From Zygophlyctis sp. KS116 (taxonomy: Eukaryota > Fungi > Chytridiomycota): 32,000 nucleotides of DNA. The DNA lies in assembly GCA_054661495.1 (NCBI GenBank), contig BAAFSQ010000097.1:1452-33451 (forward strand), read 5' to 3'. The notes beneath the pieces were generated by a model. It saw only the letters and a list, made by a program, of their open reading frames with translations, was not told where the DNA came from and did not search any database. Below, piece by piece: positions 13,319 through 24,515 of the stretch (within the stretch, counting starts at the first letter, position 1; each line of letters opens with the position of its first letter). Position numbers and translations under genes: made by a program.

Positions 13319-14989
13319 TTATGGTTCATCTGCTCTCAATCCACTCTCTGCTCTGCCTATTAAATAGTATCCAAGTGTTAATTTAAGTATTGTAACCCAG
13401 ACAAATGCACCCAGAATTCTTAATAAGAACCATAGACTCTGATACGTAACATCCATCATACCCAAGGTTTGAACGATGATTCGCGTACAGAGACATGCAA
13501 GAGGAATAGCAACGAATCCTATTCTTCTCGCTACATGAGGAGATCTGTCTATGACAACCTAAACAATATTAAAAAAAACAAAATACCAAATCACTGAGTG
13601 GATCAGAGATTGCTTCTGACCCAGCGTGTAATAGCCATTTTAACTCCCATTTTGGTCTTTTACTATCTTGAATGATTGGTTTCCCAACTATATCTCTAAA
13701 AATAGTTTGTGTAAATTGATAGTAAATTGAAGCTGGTATATCATTAAACTAATCTTTAGTCCAACGATCTTACTTTTGTGATGAATGCATGTTTTAAATT
13801 ATCGACTAAAATTTCAACTCCAAAAACATATAAAGCCGGAAATAGAAGAGTAATAAAAAGTTTATAAGTAGACGAGCCTTGAATATTTTGAATAACTTGA
13901 ACTATATCAGAAAGCATTTCACCAAAATAAGAACTTATAAATGACAAACTCTGAAAATTAAGTGGTTTAGATGATGTGAATATTGTGATTGAAATGTCAT
14001 GAAAATAAGACAAAACTTCATCCACTCCAGCGCCACCAGTCATTTCCAAAAAGTTTCTAATAATGATTAGAAATAAGTAAGCAAATAATTGAAATCTTTC
14101 CAGTGCATCTAAGCGTTAATGAAATAATGTACCAGCGCAAACAATGCTGAACAAATTCCTTTCTTCACATTTCTTAAACACCGAAGACTTTATTTCTATG
14201 AAATTGCTTGACAGCATAACTGGCAAAAGTGCAGAAGAGTAAGAATTAATAGCAACATTTAAAGCAACCATTTGGTAAAATATTACCATTGTATGAGCAA
14301 TTATAGTTACAAGTGCAGTAATAAAATATGTTTTTGTACTCGAGTATTGATTTGACTGGCAAGAAACACTAGAATACAATGAGTCTAAAATATCATGTCC
14401 GAAAGCAGATCCCTTTAGATTATTATCTAATACTACTTACAAGTCTATTCAAGACATCTAGGACATTAAATATTACGTACAATTTGATGACTGCCTGTCC
14501 TCTTATAGAATGATATAACATTGAAGGATCCACGTATGAAATTATAATACAAGTAATTAAAAATAATACCATTTTTATCAAATCACATTTTTGAGCTGGT
14601 TTAAGATCATTTTTCTTAAGAAAAGCAATTATCGCAATTAAAGATCTTAGAAATAATTTTAAAAAAGATCAATACCTTATGGGGAGAATAGAAAACACGT
14701 ACAAAAATGAGTCTAAACAGACCAGAAAACCATACCATAAAAACCGTTCGCATTCTTTGGGAACTTTGAGAAAGTTTTGAATTCGTTTGTTGAGTTGTGG
14801 ATTTACCATTGAGAGAAGATCATTGCTGCTGAATTCTGAGAATACATAAGACATAAACTTGCCCAGACCGCTTATTGTCTTTGGCTGCGCAAGAAATGAT
14901 TTTGAGTCTGGAACAACTGCATCATCATCGTCACTGGAATTATCAAATGAACTTCTTGGCCGTTTTGGAGCTGGAAGAGGAGAATCCAT
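13319..14989 (-). CDS. TAPT1: TAPT1/Emp65 (DUF747) ER membrane protein, 6 exons
   Basis: GFLVCLDSFLYVFSILPIR, HSIRGQAVIKLYVIFNVL, ALNVAINSY, NFIEIKSSVFKK, ADALERFQ, LKHAFITKFN, VARRIGFVAIPL. Introns 14646-14675, 14413-14440, 14109-14132, 13749-13773, 13559-13586. Confidence 0.92.
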
Positions 14990-15117
14990 AAAGATCCTAA
15001 CCGTTAAACTCAGACTTTTAAATCTGCCATCTAGACATGCAGATAAACCGAAATCTAGATTAAAATTGAATTAATTCATATTGTTTTAATAGAAACTGTG
15101 AGTTAAAATTGCAGCGG

Positions 15118-17520
15118 TTATTGATCCATGGCTGAAAGCGTATAATCAAGTAAATATGACTGCTTGATAAGTTCCTTTGAATGATCAAAATGTCTTTCAG
15201 TATAAATTAGCAAAGCATCAAAGACTGATTTGGAATTGGGTACTTTCATAAGTCTTGATGGTTCAAAAGATTTTAAAATTAGATTCAAAACAGATTGAGC
15301 AATAGGTGCAAATGTGGCCTTTGTGTTCCAATCCCGGACAAAAAGTAATAATCTTTCCAGCTATTATTAAAATTTAAAATTAATCTTACTTGTTCATCAT
15401 TTAAATTTCGAATAATATTATCCACACTATGCAAACCTAAAATACTATCTTCATCTTGTCTTTTCTGTCCCAATGAGGATAAGATTTTTAAAAGTCTAAC
15501 AGGGTGTTTTAAATTTAAAGCAAGATGAATAGCATTTGAATAATCCTTTTTTGAAAGATAAAATTCAAGGTCTTGTTCTCTAGTTATAAGAATGTAATAT
15601 ATAATACTTTATCAACTTATTTTGTAACTCTCTCATTTCTTCTTCCTTTTCTTCAGTTGTAGTATCTCTCCAAATAGTTATTTTAGAATCTGCAGATCCA
15701 GATACAAGAAGAGATTCATCATTGTTTGTGCAAAGCCCCCAAATCTTATATTAAAATCATCATATAATTACCTTGTCTTCATGGTTATCAAGAGTTGTGA
15801 CACATTCATTTTCTTTGATAGTCCATAACTTAACAAGTCCATCTGATCCACTCGAAACCAGCTGTAGTCCATTAGTTAGGAATTCTACATGCAAAACAGA
15901 ATTCAAATGGCCTTCAAAAGTTCTGATGCAGGAATAGTCTTTAAGACTCCACAGTTTAATTGTTTTATCAGTAGAAGATGTTGCGACGATTTGATCCGAT
16001 GGAGAAAATCTAACACACCAAATTCCTCTTTTATGCCCCGTAAGAGTTCCAAGAAGAGTCCCGTCAGCTGCAGACCAGATCTTTGCTGTCTTATCAAGGG
16101 CTGCAGATGCATATATTCTGTCATTAGGAGCTACATCAACAGACTGAATATCCTTTGAGTGTGCTTTTATGGTGTAACGGGCCTTTACAGAGAAATTTTC
16201 ATCCTCCATCAATTCCAAGTCCCACAGTTTCAAAGTACTATCATGCGAAGCTGTAATAACAAATGCAGTACTTTTGCGAGAAAATGCAGCAGCGCTAACA
16301 GTCTCTGTATGACCAATACACTTTCCAGCATTTTTGAATCTTGAAGTTTTTGAATCTAGCTTCCATATAATCGCAGAATTGTCTTTTGATCCCGATACAA
16401 TCAATTTACCATCTACTGATTTATTCATTGACATAATCATATCAGAATGTCCACATAATATTTCACAAAATGCTGATCCTAATTCATAAATCCGAATATG
16501 TTCCGTATTAGTGGCAACAGCCAATTTTGAATTATCCTCTCCAACAAAAAAAGTTTCAGTAATTTCTTCGTTGAACCCAGCGATTTGCCTTGTAGGCTCA
16601 AAGTTATTTTCCAAGCTATAAAATAACAAATTCTGATCACTTGTGATCGCAACAATTTCCATGGTAGATGGACAGTATAAAAGACTTGCTATTGAATAAT
16701 TAATTTGATAATTCTCATTTGTCTGAGAAATACAAGTCCCAGAGTCCATATCCCAGAGCTTAACCAACCCTGATTCACCACCGGCACAAACTGCAAAATC
16801 CACAGAATTTGATTCAACAACCTTGACATCTTCTATAGACTCAAAAACAGGAATTGTATTGATAAGTTCCCCATTAGATAAGTTCCATGAAATTAAAACC
16901 TTGTCTCTCCCACCAGAAACTAAAACTTGTCCATCTCTAGAAAAACCTAGACCTCGAACAGCACTGACATGTCCGTCCAAAGAAAACAATTCACTTTTTG
17001 AATGCAAATCCCAAACTTTTATTCTAGAATCCAGTGATCCTGAGCAAAGATGCAAAAGATCCGGATCGGGATGAAATGCAAGAGCAGTAATGATTCCAGC
17101 ATGACCTTTAAAATTATGAGTGCAATATCCTTTCCTAATATCCCATACTTTTACTGTGGAATCAGCAGATCCAGTTGCTACAAAAGTTTGAGTCGGATCA
17201 GTATCCATCACTAAAACTGGTGCTTCATGAGCTTTCCAAGAGGAAATAGTTGAATCAGTTAGTGAATAGACCCTCAAGAGAAGACTTGAGCTAGCGGTGA
17301 TCAGAAAATCATCAGTTGATGCAAAGCAAGAGACTGCATCATCATCCGATCCAAAAGTTCTTTTTTCTCCTGAACTTGTATGAATCAAATGCACCTTGTC
17401 CCCATCAGTACATAGTAATCTCTCTCCATCAGGTAAAAGCTGAATCTTTCCTCCTGTATAGACTGATTCTATAGTCTTTTGAATTCCAAAACTCTTTTTT
17501 AGATTGCTGACTGAAGGCAT
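15118..17520 (-). CDS. UTP13: U3 snoRNP / SSU processome WD40 protein Utp13 (TBL3), 4 exons
   Basis: YTGG start, many WD40 repeats (THNFKGH, GHKRGIWCVRFS, HEDKIWGL), C-terminal Utp13 domain (RDWNTKA, YTERHF, LLDYTL). Introns 15745-15771, 15580-15607, 15361-15389. Confidence 0.93.
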
Positions 17521-17743
17521 AAATTTGAAGGTGAAATTTTAACGCTCAAGATCTTTTCGGATATTGTTTCAAATCATTCTAAAGCTAATGCAACTGAATG
17601 CATTGGATTTTAGGAATGGAATATTAATGTCATGAGAAATAGTAAAATGTGCAATCGCATATCCCATTCGATAGATTTATTTAATAAACTAAAGGATCAG
17701 TTGATTTTGGTTTTTGAGCTTTTCGGTAGAATCTTGGAAATGT

Positions 17744-18967
17744 TTAGTAGCATGAACATTGAGCACAGCAAATATAATCAAGCATATCAGTTAGTTTCTT
17801 GTATTGTTGTGCGATATATTCATATCCACTGACATAATTTTCGATATTCTCCTTATTTTCCTTTAGTTTTTTAAGCTTTTTGGCAGCCTTAATACGAGTT
17901 TTCTTGGAGAATCCGAATGTTTTTTTAGTCTTGAGATACCCAGAGTACGCTTTTAAACCATATTTCGCAGCTGCGACCGGACCGACTAGTTTTACCACAG
18001 GATGGTTTCTGTATTTCATGTGAATATCCACGGCTTTGATAACTTGTTTGTAAGGTTTTGTTATTTTCTTGCGGACAAATTCCTCCAGGGTATATTCCTT
18101 GTCTTGAGTAGGTTTTTTTGGGGTTTCCGAGGATGTATCAGACGCCTTTCGCAAATCTTCATTGTATTGAGATGGAGTTTTTCTAGTTCCTGGAATAGAT
18201 GGTTCAGGGAATGTTGGTATTGATGGAATGTTTGGTCTTTGAGGAATCTGTATTGGCGGATGTTCAGCGTTTGCAATGTTTGGTAGGTCCACCGGATTTG
18301 AAGGAGGCGGAACCCCAGGAGAGACTGCATCATCAACTGATGTGATCGAATTTTTTGATGGTTTTAGTAGGAAAGAAAATGAATATCGTCTCTTAGTAAT
18401 AGTTTGGTCTGGGTTCAGAGTTTGGACAAGCTTGAAAAATGTGTTATCCAAGGTGTTCAATAGAAGATCTACATTTGAAATATCTGCCTCTGTATCATTG
18501 GTAATTGTGAGTCCTGAAGATTCATTCAGCCAAATGTGGTTGTTGGTTTCATTCAACATGAAAAAGTTTTGATTTGTATTTACAGCTGCATCTACTATAT
18601 CATGATATGCCAGGAAATGCATGCACTCTTTGTAGTAGTTTTTGTAAATATCGGTAATTAGAAATGTTTCTTCCAAAGATACTGTTTCATTTGCTAAAGG
18701 TTGAGGAGATAGTGAAAACTGCGATTGGTAAGCTTTATGAGCAGAATCATTGGCCATATTCTCGATCACTTCATCAAATGTCTTAATATATACATCATAA
18801 GTAGCATTTATGGCATGCTCCATTGCAGAAATATTTAAAGCATCCTCCACCAAAGAATAATCAGGGTCTTCATTTATCACAGAAGTAGTCATTGGTAAAA
18901 TAGCTTGTGAGATGGATGCATTGCCTGCTTGAACAAGTAAGATTATAGTTAGCAGTATAGATAACAT
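17744..18967 (-). CDS. Secreted glycoprotein of unknown function, probable preproprotein
   Basis: Signal peptide MLSILLTIILLVQA; acidic N-terminal half with many N-X-S/T sequons; KRR site; Pro-rich linker; Lys-rich C-terminal half. Intronless 407-codon ORF. Confidence 0.75.
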   Translation of the reverse strand: MLSILLTIILLVQAGNASISQAILPMTTSVINEDPDYSLVEDALNISAMEHAINATYDVYIKTFDEVIENMANDSAHKAYQSQFSLSPQPLANETVSLEETFLITDIYKNYYKECMHFLAYHDIVDAAVNTNQNFFMLNETNNHIWLNESSGLTITNDTEADISNVDLLLNTLDNTFFKLVQTLNPDQTITKRRYSFSFLLKPSKNSITSVDDAVSPGVPPPSNPVDLPNIANAEHPPIQIPQRPNIPSIPTFPEPSIPGTRKTPSQYNEDLRKASDTSSETPKKPTQDKEYTLEEFVRKKITKPYKQVIKAVDIHMKYRNHPVVKLVGPVAAAKYGLKAYSGYLKTKKTFGFSKKTRIKAAKKLKKLKENKENIENYVSGYEYIAQQYKKLTDMLDYICCAQCSCY

Positions 18968-19323
18968 AGCACAACAGTTTTAAATATTAAGTTGGGCCGC
19001 ACCGCAAGCCATGCAATAAATTAGTGGCGTTCAATTTGCGGCATATGAACTTTTGTTCTCGTATTACTATTGATAATTGCTATATAATATTCTATGTACA
19101 TAGATTAAAACCATTTAATGTCTTAAGAGAACATATATTTATAAATTATAATTATTCCTCTTTTGCTAATGATTTCGGACATGCATTTGTACCATAACAT
19201 CTATACATAAAAATATTTTTGGCACTACAAATACACAACTTTTTAACATTCCTAATACTTAAATTTTCAAAAGTCCAAAATCGATTAAACATTCTAAAAA
19301 TGATGATTTTATTACAACATCAG

Positions 19324-20087
19324 CTAAGCGAACTCGCTTATATTCCATTTAGGATATACAACCTTGGTTCAGTTCTAAAAGTTTTTACCTTTTTATCTTT
19401 TTCAGAATGTAAAACATCACGAACACAAACTAATTGTCTAGTAAGATTCTCTAATGGAGATAAATTAGACCATCCATCAAAAGTCAAAATGAGTCTATTT
19501 AGTTTCTCGGCGACTATTTCCCTTCTTCCAATAGTTAAATAATAAGCAACTGGAGAATTATGTGGATTCATATACGCCAAAAGTGATACTAATTCTTCCA
19601 ATTCAGCTTTATATTCCAGATTAGAGAATTTCCCTAATTCGACTGTTGCAAATTCCAATGCCTGATCTGAATTCTTGGAAACTAACTCTATAAATTCTTG
19701 ACATGATAACAGAAATATAACGTCCTGAACTTGTTGTGAAGAGGTCTTTACTATTTGAGGGAATTCTGAAAGAAATTTCTGTTTTGCTTTTGTAACGGAA
19801 CCAGCCATTATTAAAGAAACTAGATTTTGTCTCTTGAGTAAGGACTCTAAAGGTTTACGAAGACTTTCAAAGTATAAATGTTCTGGAGTTGAACCAACCA
19901 GTCCCCCAGCTCCTCTGTCATCAGTCATTTGGACGTCTGGAATCGGTTCTATCCGCAGAGCAGAGCCTAAAGACTCGGCAGTTGAAGAATAGCAATTGTG
20001 AATCAGATAAGAGTACACTAATTTTGCTGTCGTGTCATGAGGAAGATTAGATGAACTGTAAAGCTCTTTTATTTGAGACTCGTCCAT
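19324..20087 (-). CDS. LisH/CTLH/CRA domain protein (GID/CTLH E3 ligase subunit, Gid8-like)
   Basis: LisH LVYSYLIHNCYSSTAESL, CTLH (FLLSCQEFIELV), CRA (LVSLLAY...RREIVAEKLNRLIL). A probable 26-nt intron (19363-19388) gives the C-terminus VVYPKWNISEFA; unspliced, the ORF stops at 19338. Confidence 0.88.
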
Positions 20088-20277
20088 GTGCGAATTAAAA
20101 AAATTGACACGAAACGAGAATTAGGGAATTATCAACAGTGATTCATTCATTTAGATTTACTATATAATTATCCGCTGAATTTTTTACAATACAATATACA
20201 GGGGTTCCTAAAATATGATGGACAATATATGGCCACAAATTTATTTAAAAGGCAACTACGCTATCAAAAATTCACAT

Positions 20278-20958
20278 TTAAATCCATTGTCCAGTGTTCT
20301 TTTTGTGAATACTTATGATCCATAGAGAAAGTCCTTGACTCCAATTGATTGCCTTTTTACGAATTCTAATCTTTGAAGGTACATTTTCAGTTTGAGGGTA
20401 TTGTGAAACTCCAGTAGAATAATTATTAAGAGCTATATTCTGAGGTTTTCCTGAGTATTTTGTACAAATCGATATCTTTGCTATACTCATCAATTTTATT
20501 CGCTTTATGATTCGATAAGATGTAGTGTTTTATCTCTTTTTAATTTTAGCTGGTTTCGGATGTTTCCTTATAGCCGCATTACATCTCAGTTTCCATATAT
20601 GTTCATAGATTATGGATAACAAACACTCCATTGTGAATTGAATCCATAAAATGGTATTCGTTGATGTTTTTCGTGCTGACTTTAAGCGTTGAATAATATT
20701 GTCGGTTATAATGCCTTGTGCTGTTGCTGTATGCATAAAATTCAACATGTTCCATTTTATACCTAAAAGATACTTCAAGGGATTGAAAGTTGGTCGATAT
20801 TCTTGGCCTTTTAATTTTTCATATATTTTCTGATTGTTTAACCTTGTTGACATGTGGATTGTTAGTTGATGGTAAATGGTTTTCACCTTCTGTTTTTTAG
20901 ACGAACATATGAGTGGGCACTTTTTCGTAAATAATTGTAATCTAAAACTTTGTCGCAT
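20278..20958 (-). mobile_element. Degenerate 3' end of a probable non-LTR (LINE-like) retrotransposon
   Basis: Decayed CP-x-C...T-x-x-H zinc-binding motif followed by HIWKLRCN, resembling the region downstream of RT in fungal LINE-like ORF2; broken reading frames. Confidence 0.45.
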
Positions 20959-20991
20959 CTAATGTATTTTCTTTGATTACACTAAGGGGAC

Positions 20992-21052
20992 TCATACAAA
21001 AAAATGAGTAGGTCGGACATTGTCCCACATAACCAGTTGCCAATAGGAGATA
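20992..21052. repeat. Dispersed direct repeat, copy 1 (copy 2 at 22061-22111)
   Basis: Both copies share CTCATACAAA-n-TGAGTAGGTC and CACATAACCAGTTGCCAATAGGAGATA; copy 1 has 11 extra nt. Confidence 0.85.
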
Positions 21053-21977
21053 ATTTGTAGGCGTTGATCAGCGTGTTAGCATCTTGCTCTTATGATGATT
21101 CTCAGATTGCAGTTCATTTGCGGTTTCAGCTTGGACCATTGCGTCGCAGGCCACATTTATATCCCAAATTTGCCCTGCCTCTCACAGCGAGGAGCGCGCA
21201 GCGCTGCTCAAACTTTTCCGTGATTTGCAGATGAAACGTTTCCATACAGTATCTGATGAGGGTCTACAGCAAGCTATTGTCCAAAATGAAAATACTAAAA
21301 AGTCTCATAGATTGTGGGGAAACATGTTTTTACAGTATTTGAATGAGGTGGAGGAAAAAAAGTCTTTGAGTATTGTTTTTTAAATTGAGTATTAGATTTA
21401 TTAGATGAAAGAGAAATTTCTAAACATCTTCAACAGTTTTTTCATCCATTAAAACTAAAGAATGTAAAGCAGGAAGCGATTTTGATAAAAGATAAGGAGG
21501 AGTTTTCCTTCTGGCCTTAGTCTTAGAGCTAGCATATAGTAGGGCCAAGTTTTTCCGTTTCTTTACACATTTAGAACTTTCAACTCTCATTATAAAATAA
21601 TGAAATTATACATAAACCTTCTCATACATTCAAGAGTCGTAAGCGGAGTCGGTCAATTAGTTAATTTCATAAACCTATAAGATACTATTTAATGATATAA
21701 CAAATTATTTAATGAAATACATTTAAATACTTGCTATATTTATCACCTTGGTGAACTCCACAAAATATATATTTAATACTAACATATAAAATATATTTTA
21801 AATAGGTGGCTTAGCATTCCAAACATTTGAAAAACATTAAACAAACTTCATTTTTCATTATACGCTTTCATTTATAAACATAATTCATAACATTTCTTCA
21901 CATTTCAGTTGCATTATAATTATTCAATACTTATTTGTTTTTTTTCAATGAATATATACAGCTATTCTCATAGAATC

Positions 21978-22709
21978 ATAGCAATGTAACTATTTCAAAT
22001 GATCAGTTCTCCAGTCATCGGCACTCTGTAAAGAGAGGTGATCTGTAAATATGGGTGATACTCATACAAAGAATTGAGTAGGTCCACATAACCAGTTGCC
22101 AATAGGAGATATTCTGTCCCTGCCAGTCCACTTTTGCCGATTGTTAAGCTGTATACGCGACTGCCTAAACCTTAATACATTATTAACTAATCCTCCAGTT
22201 ATGTGTTCATGCTGTACAAGATCATCTAAATACTCAGCAAGTAACACTTCCTATATTACACACTAAATTAACGTTTCCTAATTTACAACTACTAGTTTGG
22301 ACTGAACCCACTATCGTATTAGATCCGTCAGTTTCAAATAATTTTCAACAAATAGATCATCCAGTTCAATTCATTTGCTTTTGCTATAATGGCGCGTTCT
22401 CAAATCACAAGAAAATTACGTCTTTATGAAGTGGGTGTTGATGTAGTTTCAACAATTTATGAAGCAACGGTTAGAGCGGTTAGATTCACACTGAATAATT
22501 GCAAAACTAATCAGTTTGAACTTGTGCTATCTGTTGGAGTAATGAGGTAAGGTCTTTCTTTTCTTATAATTAGACATAAAAATGTAGAGTTTTGCAGTAT
22601 TAGTGCGTTAGCTATCCATTCTAACCCTAATATGGAGTGAGGGTGTTCTATAATGTTTGGGTTAGGCCAGCCAGCAGCCACTGATCATTTGAAATAGTTA
22701 CATTGCTAT
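21978..22709. repeat. Segment bounded by perfect 30-bp inverted repeats
   Basis: ATAGCAATGTAACTATTTCAAATGATCAGT at 21978-22007 and its exact reverse complement at 22680-22709. Confidence 0.9.
22356..22640 (+). pseudogene. Remnant of a Crypton-type (Ndc10/Gcr1-related) tyrosine recombinase with a 27-nt intron
   Basis: Removing GT-AG 22547-22573 gives FAFAIMARSQITRKLRLYE...NCKTNQFELVLSVGVMRHKNVEFCSISALAI, matching from memory the CryptonF pattern R-x4-R-x-L-x-L...KTNQ...RHK-x-V-x-x-C-x-x-x-ALA. Truncated at both ends. Confidence 0.6.
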
Positions 22710-22864
22710 TAATTGGCAGTCTTCTATACATGGCGAGACAAACAAGGCCAGACATAATATAATCTGTGAATTTACTAAGCAAATACGTAAATAATACTAC
22801 TCCCAAATGTTGGAGAGCTGCAACGAGAATTCTGATCTACTATACTACTAAAGACTACTCACTA

Positions 22865-23638
22865 AGAATATGAAACCACAAGTGATGAAGGACTAAAGAC
22901 TTACTCTGATTCTACGTGGGAAGATGATAAAATGAATAGATTGTCAAGAAGTGGGGGTGTTATACTATATAATGGCTCATTTCTATCAGCTTATTCTCAT
23001 CAGCAACGATCAGTCGCTCTATCTTCTTGTCAAGCAGAGTATCAAGCACTTGCTAGTGCTGTACAAGAACTACTATACTTTAGGCAATTATTAGGGGAGA
23101 TAGGATATGGTGAGAATATACCAACACAGTTACTCTGTGACAATCAAGGTGCCATGTGTTTAGCGATTACTACTAAGAATCACCCAAATGTGAAACACAT
23201 CGCTATCAAATATCATTTTGTAAGAGAATTGGTGAAGGACAAAATAGTGAATTTACTCTACGTCAACACAAGAGAACAAGTTGCAGATATAATGACTAAA
23301 CCGCTTGGCCGCACTCAATTTGAAAAATTTAGGACGATGATGGGTGTGAACAACTATAATTTACAATAATCATTAAAATTCCTACACAATGCCATAGTAG
23401 AAGTACTATTGCAAATATACAGTAATGGGGGTTTGACAAATTACTGTGATGTGGCGTATGGGGTGAAGAAAAATTAGGAATCCCTTGGTGATTACGAAGG
23501 TGCACTTTAAATAAGAAATAAATGATTCTAAAATCCTGTCATATTACTGAAATATAAAATCCTGTTAGATTAAGAGTCTCAAAGAAAGAAAGGAAAATTT
23601 ATTTTATGGAAATAAAGATTACTGAATTAAGTTGATCA
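22865..23638 (+). mobile_element. Ty1/copia 3' fragment: RNase H domain, polypurine tract and probable 3' LTR
   Basis: YSDSTW...SRSG...VALSSCQAEY...CDNQGA...KHIAIKYHFVRE...ADIMTKPL (stop 23369); purine tract AGTAATGGGGG near 23421-23431; TG...CA segment 23434-23638 containing AATAAA. LTR limits are tentative. Confidence 0.85.
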
Positions 23639-23715
23639 AATGCTCATCTATGGACACAAAAAATTACTTCTGTTTTTCATAGAAGCAATACTAATGAAAG
23701 AAAGCGACTCCTACT

Positions 23716-23844
23716 TTGACTCCAGCAGCTGACGGAGAACAAATATCTGAAAAAGAACAAATTCAACTAGAAAAGTGGATAAGTGCAGATAATATAGCAA
23801 ACTCTATCATACACGTCTCATTGACTCCATCAGAAACAAAGCAG
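23716..23844 (+). mobile_element. Short copia gag N-terminal fragment
   Basis: KWISADNIANSIIHVSL fits the W-x3-D-x2-A-x3-I-x3-L copia gag pattern; cut off by the opposite-strand element. Confidence 0.5.
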
Positions 23845-24515
23845 GGGCCTCAAGAAGAGACCAGATGTCTTGAATTTCTTTTGAAAATTGTAGGAGGAAG
23901 CGCTTTAGTCATAATATCAGCCTCATTTTGGTGTGTAGAGACATGAGAAATATTGAGATTGCCGTTAGAGACATGATCCTGGATAAAGTGATAACGCACA
24001 TCGATGTGTTTGGTGTGAGAATGATCCTTTGTACCTAGAGTTAATTTAATAGCCCCTTGATTATCTTCATAAATAGGAATAGGACTATTATGAGGTTACC
24101 CAAAATCAGAGAGTACATAGCGCCTCTTGAGCTGCAGTTGAAAGTGCCATATATTCGGCTTCTGTGAAAGAAAGTGCAACTGTTCTTTGAAATTTACTAG
24201 CCCATGAAACATGACTTTCACCTAAAAAATAGACATACCTTGTGGTTGATCTCCTACTATCTACATCACTTGCCCAATCTGCATCAGTAAAACCCTAGAG
24301 TTTTAATTTAGATGTACCACCCAAAACTACTCCATGATTAATCGTTCCTTTTAAGTATTTAAGAATTTGTTTGACAGTTGTCCAGTGAGATTGTCCAGGA
24401 TTTTGCATATAACGACAGACTTGACCAACAGCATTTCCAATATCTGGACGAGAACCAGATACAAGATATAATAGACTGCCAACGGTTTCACGAAAGGGAA
24501 TCTTGGCCATTATTT
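23845..24515 (-). mobile_element. Ty1/copia RT C-terminus + RNase H fragment, pseudogenised
   Basis: PFRETVGSLLYLVSGSRPDI, stop, [56 protein letters not shown]. Same family as the element at 26793-29711. Confidence 0.92.

Noticed and set aside
15889-18572. Short antisense or alternate-frame ORFs over UTP13 and the secreted protein (likewise 188-370, 4762-5013, 8871-9331, 13104-13298, 19219-19542, 27070-27327, 31118-31354)
   Set aside because: They are shadows of real coding sequence with no motifs of their own.
21600-21960. Very AT-rich tract as an origin or point centromere
   Set aside because: No periodicity or recognisable motif; composition alone is not sufficient evidence.
22621-22667. 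Telomere-like CTAACCCTAA and GGGTTAGG
   Set aside because: Fewer than two full units each; expected by chance.
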